The position numbers were made by a program, and so were the translations under genes. Below the pieces are notes generated by a model. That model had not been told where the DNA came from. It saw only the letters and a program-made list of their open reading frames with translations, and made no database searches. Shown here piece after piece: positions 51,654-61,199 of a DNA stretch of 64,000 bases. Origin of the DNA: Epiperipatus broadwayi (lineage: Eukaryota; Animalia; Onychophora); contig JAQFVV010000005.1 of the NCBI GenBank assembly GCA_028023455.1, forward strand, positions 8,804,001 to 8,868,000, in the 5' to 3' direction. Every line of letters starts with the position of its first letter. Position 1 is the first letter of the stretch.

Positions 51654-52425
51654 CTTAGATGCCATGCCTGTCAACTTCTTCCTCTAATACAAATGTTTTA
51701 TAACTAGTGTTGATGCAATTTGCTCTAACTTTGCCAGAGAGGAAAAGACATTTGATCATATAATTAAGACTTGCATGCGTTTGGGCAATATCAAGGCTAC
51801 CATATTCACAAATTCAAAAGCGGACTACTACAAAGTACTAAATCTCAAACAATGTGTCTGCAAAAGGGTTATCCCTATAATACGTATGTCCATTTTCCTA
51901 CTATACTCTATATGGACAGTAAGATGCAAGGCTCAATACAGCCTTCCTCGCCTAGATGAAGACCAAGTTTTCAACAAACCATAATTAAAATAAAACAAAG
52001 AGATAGGACACTTACATCTCCTTTTATCTTCCAGGAAACATGAAATTATTTGAAATTCCCGGGAATAAGCATTGCTGAATGCAGAACTTTTGCATTACTT
52101 TTAAATTTAAACAAACTTTTACATAGAACATTATTTGTCCGATGCAATGATTGCACCTGTTGTCCTAACATTGGTTTGATAATCAAATTTCTTGAGAAAC
52201 AAACTAACATTTTACCAAGATCAACTTTGTTCTACAACACCTTGAACCTTGTAACTTACATGCCTTTGGACTAACTAGCCATTTTAACAATGGTTTTTAT
52301 CATATGTTTTTTTTTTATCATATTGTTTTTCATATTGTAAATTCATCATATCTTTTTATCACACATTGTATGACCTTATTTTTATATCTGTAACAATATA
52401 TTATCTATAATAAAGGTTTTTGAGA
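51654..52425 (+). mobile_element. 5'-truncated L1/Tx1-like LINE inserted in the hAT
   Basis: 20-bp TSD ATAAAAATACTTTTTACCCA (51634-53 / 52426-45). zf-RVT-like AMPVNFFL*...ICSNFAREEKTFDHIIKTC and IWTVRC. T-rich 3' UTR with AATAAA. Confidence 0.75.
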
Positions 52426-52489
52426 ATAAAAATACTTTTTACCCATGTATAAATGGTTGAACTTGAATACCAAAAGTAATGATGCAGAT

Positions 52490-54300
52490 AACAATGCTAC
52501 AAAGTCTCTTCAAGCAGGATCTCAAAATCAGAAAGAGGCACCTAAGATGCGAAAAAGAAAATATGACATTTCTCCAATTTAGCTTTACTTTCAACAACTG
52601 TGATTGTGCTAGTATGAGATAGTGATCATGTGATGTTTAGTGGTTTAACTGTGATGGTAGTGAACATCCTCTCTGTTTAATTTGCAATAATGTTTTGTCT
52701 ATAGAGAGTATGAAACCATCAAAATTAAAAAGGCATTTTGAATCCAAGCATGCTTCATATGTCAATAAACCAAAAGAATATTTCGAATGACTGTTAAAAA
52801 GTTCAAATAAAGAAAAACAATATTTTGAGAAATTTATAACTGTTAATGAAAAATATTTATTCGCATCATATGAAGTTTCATATCAGGTTGTTAAAAATAA
52901 AAAGCCATACACCATTGGAGATTTTATATATTAAAATAGTAGAAATACTTCATAGAAGTAAATATGGTGATGAAATTTGGAAAATTCCTCTGTCAAATGA
53001 CAATCACTAATAGAATTTCTGAAATTAGCAATGACCAATTTGAGCAACTTATTAGTAGATTTAAAGAAAGCCTAATATTTACAATTCAGTTGGATGAAAC
53101 AACTGATATTTCAAAAATAGCTCAATTATTAGTATACGTCAGATAATTTATAAAGAAAATATTGAGGGAGTATTGTTATTTTGTCATTCTTTGGAAGAAC
53201 ATACAATAGGGGAAGACATATATAATAAAGTAGACAATTTTTTTAAAACTGAAGGTTTAAAATGGAAAAATTGCTTTGGAGTATGCACAGATAGTCCAAA
53301 AGCAATGACTGGTTAAAATATTGGTTTTAAGTCATTAAAGTTTCTGGTAATAATCATGTTACTTTTACACACTGTCCCATTGAGAGGCCTTTGCAGCAAA
53401 AACATTGGCAATATAATTGAATGATGTGCATCAGGATGCTGTCAAAATTATAAACTTTATTAAAAGCCTTGTTCTTAACAGCCCCTTATTTTCAAATGTT
53501 TGTAAAGACATGGACTCTGAATACAAAAATTTATTATTACAAACAGAAGTAAGATGGATGTCAAGAGGGCGAAGTTTAAGAAGATTATTGTTATTAATTA
53601 AAAGAAGAAATTATTGTATTTTTAACCGAACAAAAATCTGATCTTGCTGCTCTTTTTCAAAATGATTATGGCTATCAAAGCTGTGCTATTTGTCTGATAT
53701 TTTTGAGAAGTTAAATGATCCTAACTTGTCTCTTGAAGAAAAAAATAGCAATATTTTTACTTCAAATGATAAAAATTGAAGGTTTTATTAAAAAGATCAA
53801 CATTTGGAAGAATAGGATGGAAAGTGATTCATTGGAAATGTTTTCGACAGTTTTATAAGTGATAAAAATAATTGTAAAACTTTAATTGCAAAAATTATTA
53901 TAGATCACTTAAAAACCCTAGAAACACAGTTTTGCAAATACTTTATATCGAGGTTAGATTTCAAAAAGTTATCTTGGATTCAAAGACCGCTTTTGGTTGA
54001 CATTAGTGAGATTCATCACCTGCCATATAAAGCCCAAGAGGAATTTGTAGAGCTATCGAGTGACTCAATCTTAAAACTTGCCTTTCCAAAAAATCCTTGA
54101 CTGAATTCTGGATTGGAGCTAGGACTGAATTTCCCACAATTTCTGAATTGGCATTAAATGTTCTTCTGCCATTCAGCACCGCATACTTATGTGAAATGAC
54201 TTTTTCAGCTTTAAGGTATATTAAATCCAAATATTGTTCAACGCTGAAAATGCTTTATGTCCAGCAGTATTATATATTTCACCAAAATTTAATTTGTTAT
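52490..54300 (+). pseudogene. Buster-type hAT transposase (ZBED5/SCAND3-like family), multiply disrupted
   Basis: KMRKRKYD, PLCLICNNVLS.ESMKPSKLKRHFESKH, FTIQLDETTDIS..AQLLVYVR, CTD, LLLQTEVRWMSRG and EFWIGARTEFPTISELALNVLLPFSTAYLCEMTFS. Confidence 0.92.
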
Positions 54301-54605
54301 GCAGCAAAAAACAAGCACATCTGTCTCATTAAAATGTGATTTTCGTTAATTAATTTTTATATACTTAAAACAAATCCTAAAACTACTTATTTTCATATGT
54401 ATATATAATATTGTGGTAACCAATATTGTTTACCAAAAAAATAAATTATTTCTGGAAATATTTATTTCTATATCTTTTATATTTAATATCTGGGGTCGCA
54501 AAAAAATCTCGATAAAAAAGGGTCATGAATGAAAAAAGTTTAAGAAACGCTGCCCTAGATAGCACATTTAAGAAGAGCTTTTATAGACAAAATAGAAAAA
54601 GCAAA

Positions 54606-55416
54606 CTTTTTTTTTTTTTAAAACATAAAAATTTATTAACAAAGTTTACATGGTTTCATGATACTCATACATGGTATACTGCATGACTGATTGCAAAGTT
54701 CATAAGATCAAACGCTTGGTAGATCAATCCTGGACCAAATCTCTTTGTATAACCATTCTGGTGCAAGCAGCTGGTCCCTGGCACTTATGCTCTTGACAAG
54801 ACCTATAAAGGTCTGTGACTGAAGAGCCTGAATGATGGAAAACACATTCGCATCTGGTCAACCAGACTGCAAAGGTAAGGAGGACAGAGAATCGGATAAG
54901 AGAAAAAATTCCTGTCTTGATGGCATTCTGAATATTTAAGGCTTCTCTGATGTCAGATATAACTTTCTCTGTGATGAAGTTTCTGATATGGAAAAGAAAT
55001 GGACAATTATAAAGTAAATGTTGGATGGTTTTATCGGCAATATTACATAGCTGGCATTGAGGATTGATTTTGGTGAATCCTCTTTTTCATACTAAGAAAT
55101 GGTTAGTGGGTAAGGATGAGATGTTGAGCTTTAAGAGAAAGTCTATGTATTTTGGTTCAACAAACTAGTTCTTCAATTTTTTAAGCAATGGTTTATTGTC
55201 TATGTTCAATGTGGTCAGGAGGGCAGTCTGGTTTTGAAATCTGAGGTTATAGGCCTGCCAGTAGGTTATTTTACCTTCAAGGGAGGTTTTAGATAGATTT
55301 GTCAGCTTGCTGATATGTAACCAAATAATTGTGGCCCATCTGCTAGCAAGAGGTGGCGGTGTGTCTGTAAGTTCCACTGGAGTGGCTAGGTTTAGTATAA
55401 CTGAATTTTCAAACAA
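54606..55416 (-). mobile_element. 5'-truncated L1/Tx1-like LINE with poly(A) tail
   Basis: T14 at 54606-19 preceded (minus) by AATAAA. The frame of ORF 55165-55416 continues to LPTNHFLV*...NPQCQLCNIADKTIQHLLYNCP (zf-RVT). Confidence 0.8.
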
Positions 55417-55835
55417 TTCATAATTTTAACATAAAAATAATAGTTATCTTGATCATAATATAAAATTATAATATTATAGTATAGTTGATAAGCTGGTTGG
55501 CAAAGTACCTTATTATGTTCCTCCAAAATTTCATTATGATTTTAATTTATTTCCAGTTTGAAGTAGATGAAATCCACTTATGGTAAGTGGTATTTTAATT
55601 TATTTTTGGCCATTTTTAAAAAACATCGAATATGTTCGAAAATAAATATTGAATAAACCTATCTTCTGTATTTATTAAAATGCCTTCAGAATAAGCTCAT
55701 AACTAGTAATGACGTTAGATTAATTAAATAAAATAACATAAAAATAATTTTCTCATTTTTAGCATATGTTTTTTCATCTTAATTTTACAAAATAGCAAAA
55801 GCAATTTTGGCAACATTTATATCAAAGAGGTTTTG

Positions 55836-57369
55836 TTGATGTGATGTGATGTATTTGGGCTTTTCCTTAAATGAAGTCAAGAATATCTCAGCAATTATGC
55901 CTAGACAAACCTGTTAGCCACTTTATTTTCCATTCCCCACTCTAAGTCTTCCCATATTCTGCCCCATCCCATTTCCACAACATAATCTTTGTCAACTCTA
56001 TGGCCTTTATATCTAAATCCACCTTATCTTTTCACAACCCCAGCATAAAACCAATAACTCACTTTCCATATAATCACTTTGTTCATATCTATTCTCCCAT
56101 AACTTCATTATCTGTATCCTTTCTGCTTTCAAGCATTTACATTCAATCAACAGATGCCTAATATTTTCTATACCTTCCTTACACAATTTGCACACTAAAT
56201 CACCCATAGTTTTCCATTTACATGTATATTCTCTTGTTGCTAAAGATCCCGTTCGAGCCTTAAACAATAAACTACTTTTCTTACTATTATCATAAATTAA
56301 CTTGCATCCAATGTTCCTTTTACTTCTATATATATTAAAACTCTTCTTACCCTCAATACTAGTTCTCCATCTCTCTAACTTCCTATTTTTTATTAATGCT
56401 TCTATTCTTTTATCCCACTCCTTATCACTATAACACTCAACAATCCTCTAACACAATCATCCCACCTTTTATACAAGTATACTGATATAAATTCTTTATC
56501 CAAATCTTTTGCATACCTTTCTCACCCATCTTATTACCTGTCCTTTACTCATAACCCAATTAAACACTATTTTGGCTATTCTTTTACTATCCATAAACTG
56601 CAACCTACCAAACATTTTCATTTTACTTTTTGCATCTCTAATATAAAAATTTGACCATCCCATTTCTCATTGAATTGCCTCCTTTGCTGTCCGCATCTCT
56701 GCATCTAATGCATGTCTTCCTACTTCCCTTTACACTTTCTCTAAATAATCTAAAACCCTTTTACTAACACATAATGCATCATTACCATATGTTAACCCTG
56801 CTACTGCAACCCCCTTCCATACAATTCTAGCTACATCATATTTATTATATGAAAATACTGTTAATTTCTTTACCAAACCCTTTTTTTTTCTTTGCTTCAT
56901 TTACCAATTTTTTCTTCCATTCATCCAAGCAATTTTCCTGATTTCATAAGATGATTCCCAAATACCTATATCTATCCACCACCCTTAACTTTATATCCCC
57001 CAATGAAAATTCTATATCTTCTCTTTCCCCAGTATTAACTATCATTATATTTGATTTTTCTTTACTAAATTTAATCCCCATCTCTTTACCTACCCTTGCA
57101 CATGTCTTCAACATAATTTCCATATCTTCTCTTTCCCCAGTATTAACTATCATCATATTTGATTTTTCTTCACTAAATTTAATCCCCATCTCTTTACCTA
57201 CTCTTGCACATGTCCTCAACATAATTTCCATATCTTCTCTTCTTTCTACACACAAAAAGATATCCGCAAAAAAAAGACCCGACAAAGTATATACTCCCTT
57301 GCCACCTATTAATGGTATCTCTATCCCTCTTCTTAGTCTTTCTACTATATATCGACTTCTAGTGAGCAA
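55836..57369 (-). mobile_element. 5'-truncated LINE (RT C-terminal half + zinc knuckle), clade uncertain
   Basis: GLFFAD, GIKFS.EKS, YRYLGI and CKLCKEGIENIRHLLIEC. (CATCA)n 3' tail at 55836-55852. 108-bp in-frame tandem duplication at 57014-57240. Confidence 0.85.
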
Positions 57370-60026
57370 CCGTTGGCAATTTATTTACCCTTTTTTTTTT
57401 TTTAGATATTTCTTATACTCGCTTCATGAAGTAAAAATTAAATTAAGGTATGATTTTGCTGCTTGCCATTTTTATATTTGGATTTTGTTTATATTTATTG
57501 TTTCATATGTTTACCCCCCCCCCATATATATTTCAAAATGATAACACAGCTTTAGACAACACGTACTGCGATTTTAAGAAGAGGGACTCTATATTGATTA
57601 ACTTTTTGGTTTTTTTAGTAAAGCTATTTAAAAAATGACTGATTTTATGTTATAATTTATTAATGTAATAATTTTAAATAATATTAAAGTTACAAATACT
57701 TTACTGGATTCTTGAAGTATACTCTTGATTAAATGTAATGCAGTAATTTTACCTTTGTGTTGTGTTTGAAATAATGCCAGTTCAAGAATTCTTTATATAC
57801 TTTAAACATGTATTTTTTAGACTAATAGTTTTTTCTATAGTTAACTAGATACATTTTTTTTTATCTGCAGTTCTCCGGGTACTTGAATAGAGGTCTCATG
57901 AAGTTTCCATTCCATCAATAATTTTATAGATGATTTGTTCATAGCTGTAAATTGAAAGTTGTATTGACACAGTATAGCCATATTTATAATTTCTTTATGT
58001 AAATGGTATTATCTTTAATTATCATATGTTTAGCAGTTGTACTGCTTTCTCAGCTATCACATTTGATTTAGGTTGATATGGCAGAGTTGGACCATGCTAT
58101 CTCCCCCCCTCCTCCATTTAGTTAAATAGTTTTCGAATTCAAGTGAAGTTAAACCCTTTTCTCATTATCAGATGTCAGAGTTTTAGGTGATTTATGGTGT
58201 AAATATTTCTTTTAACATTTGCTGAATTCATATTCTTGTTAATTTTATATTCATCCTATTTAGAATCATCATTCAACAATGTGATTATGGCTCTGAAATT
58301 CCCAATTTTTAGATATGAGATGTTTCTTCAGTGGTGCATGTGCCACTAACTACATGCTCTGTAAATTCTAAGGTAGGTTTTAATATCTGAACCAATCCCA
58401 GACTACTACACATAACTGGAAGTGCCTTTCACTCTCACTATGTCAGGTTGAGCATTGTGCAGCAACTAATAGATCAGAGCATCCTTGAAATGGTTTCTGT
58501 ATTTTATCAAGAGCTATAATGCAATATATTGTTGTAACTTCTAATATAAATTCCAAAAAAATTTGTGAATATTTCCTGACTTGCTCTCTGGGATTTTTTA
58601 TACATTTGGGGGAGTCACTGAACCACTACTGAAATAAGAGATACAAATAATAAGAAATGGTGTTATTTTGTGTGTGTGTGTGTGTTATGTATTTAAACAA
58701 ACATAAAGAAAAATGTGTGGTTTAGTGTGTGTTATGTGTACCTTTTTTGCATAATTTTAAGGAAATAGTAGAATACAAAGTTACATATGTTTTTAATTTT
58801 TGTTTTTCCTTTCCTGCTTTTTGAAGTCTTTATAAAGTATGTTAAATTTTAATTAACAAATAGTAGAATAAAAGTTGCTACATCTTGAATAAACAAATAT
58901 TAGATTTTATTATTTCTTAAACAACAAAAATAAATGTGTGTATGTGTACTTTTTTCAAATGTTGCTACAATTTATAGATGGTTAAAAACTTTCCAAATTT
59001 TAATTAACCAGCAGTATAGGGTTTTTTCTTACTGCTATAATTAACAAATAGTATGAGAATAAAAATAACAAACTAAAAAAGAATAAAAATTTTTTAATTA
59101 AAAGAACAAGCAAATGAAAAAAAATCTTCTGATAACATATGCTATGAATAAATAATATGATTTTTTTAAAATACAAGACTTACACTGCAATCTCCTTAAA
59201 AGTATTTAATTAATAAATGATATAACCAACAAGAAAAAAAAAATTAATTCACAAATAATACAACTAACAAGAAAAAATATATTTAATTAACAAACAGTTA
59301 AGTATCAAGTTTATTGTTAATTTTAAAAATAACATTACAAAAAAAAATTGAAAAAATAAGCAAACCTTTTCAATAGCATCAGTGAATAGTTGTGAATGTC
59401 TTGATGGAAGGATACAGATAGGTCCAGATTAATGCTGTTCTGTTGCCATATTTTCCAGCAGATAAAATTCAGATGAGATTGTAATAGTTCTGCTGATATA
59501 TCTCATACTTTTTGAGAATTTTACTTTCACTTCATATCAAAAATATTCAATCACCTGGGTGTTACTGGATCTACATAATGCAATAGCAGTTGATGTTGGA
59601 AACCTTTGACATTAAGGTCTGCATAGCTCAGATACTTGTCTGAATATTATCTACTCTGTTTGACATTCTTCCATTTTTTTTGCAACTAGGTGCCAAGCAT
59701 TTGATATAAGGTGTTTCACAGTTCACTTCATGCTGCTGCAGAAATTGCAATTCTGTAATGTTATTGGTGAATACTTTTCTCTAATTTCTTCAGTAGCATA
59801 CTAAAATACATAAATAGAGGTTGAAAAATGATACATATTTTAAAGTTTGTTTTATAAGTCCTGCATACAAGCCATGATGGCAAGCATTGTGATGATTTTT
59901 TTTTTTTCTGCTGTGTCCCATGAACAGCAAGTAAATAATTGTCAAGAGCAGAATTGAGAGGGTAAGTTAGTAGTTTAATTTAGGTAATATATGGGAATAT
60001 TTGCAAGTATACATAGCCTATTTAAA

Positions 60027-60604
60027 GTGGCAAAACTCTCTATGCGGTATTGCCACTCAGTGCAAGCCAGGATAATCAATGGATGCCAGAAGGCTTGTGC
60101 ATAAATTCCCGTCTAGTGCCTACTCATCCAATATCCCCAGACTAGTTTCTGGCTTGCAACCTTCGTCAGTGAGGAGCCTTGGATCTGAGAGCACTGCACC
60201 TAGATCTTAGGATCTAATTCAAACCTCCAGCAGCCATCTTTTATCCCAACTATAAAACTATGATTCTTAAATTGAAAACAATAATATTTTCAACCCAAGC
60301 TCATCAGTTTATATAGGTCTGAACTCAGTTCAGTACTTATACATTTTGTGGGTCTTTGTTGGTTTAATAATCATAGCCACCACTATCCTATTAGGCAGGA
60401 TTGATTTTAAGCCAATAAACATCACGTGATCACCATTTCTTATGCTTGCTTTATGCTCAAGCCTTCTGGCATCCATTGATTTCTCTGGTTTGCACTGAGT
60501 GGCAATACTGTGTGGAGAGTTTGCCTGTTTTAATAACAGTTATAAGCAAGCATAAAAAATGGTGGTTATGTGATGTAAGCATCACATAATCACCATTTTT
60601 TTTG
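60027..60604 (-). mobile_element. 578-bp non-coding hammerhead-carrying element with nested inverted repeats (PLE/retrozyme-like)
   Basis: 11-bp direct repeat GCCTATTTAAA flanks it (60016-26 / 60605-15). Inverted arms 60029-60105 / 60450-60525 and 60419-60452 / 60541-60576. Terminal 22-bp hairpin at 60554-60601. Confidence 0.75.
60134..60175 (-). ncRNA. Canonical minimal type I hammerhead ribozyme
   Basis: Minus strand: TCCTCA CTGACGA A GGTT GCA AGCC A GAAA CTAG TC TGGGGA. Stem I is 6 bp, stem II is 4 bp, helix III is the palindrome ACTAGT, and the cleavage triplet is GUC. Confidence 0.85.
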
Positions 60605-61199
60605 GCCTATTTAAAATGCATAGAAATAATAAAAAGTTGTGATGACCTGCACATAATAAACCCTAGTCTTGCTTTTTGAATTACATAGTTGGGGGTTTCT
60701 GAATTACATTAATACCAGAACCCATATACCAGGTTTTGGGAGTGTTTATATAACCTGAAGACATCCGGAGTCTTTACAAACTTTACCAAATATGGCATTT
60801 TTATATGGCATTTTTTAAATATACATGGTATTTTTTTATATACCTCACCATATATGGCATTTTTTACAGTTCTCTGACCTTATAAGGCCAGGTATGTAAT
60901 TCTATGACCTAACTACATCGCTACACATTGATAGTTAATGCTACACGTTTACTGTTACATTTATATAATCATTATTTACAATTATTTTACACAATCATTG
61001 TATATAATTATTATACAAAGTTATTTTTATTCTACACAATTATACATTTATTGTTGTACATATATATTCCTTGCTTTCTTGCTTGTGTGGTTCTTCACCT
61101 AACAATCTTTGAGATGAGCAGGAGAGTTTCTGGTTCTTGCTGGATGCTAGTGGTCTGTGCCTCAATGATAATTTCAATGTAGCTATCTCATTTTCTGGA

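Larger units (their letters stand above)
50976..54552 (+). mobile_element. Degenerate hAT transposon, Buster/Charlie group
   Basis: TIR CAGCATTTTTTAAACT / AGTTTAAGAAACGCTG. 8-bp TSD CTCTAGAT / CCCTAGAT. The internal transposase relic lies on the plus strand. Confidence 0.92.

Noticed and set aside
55557-55582. 26-nt plus-strand micro-exon (CAG|...|GTAAGT)
   Set aside because: It is isolated between two LINEs, and such matches arise by chance without transcript support.
58390-58450. Relative of the 60.1-kb hammerhead (shares TAGTCTGGG on the minus strand)
   Set aside because: The core reads CTGACAT and the spacing to the GTC site is wrong. At most it is a decayed relic.
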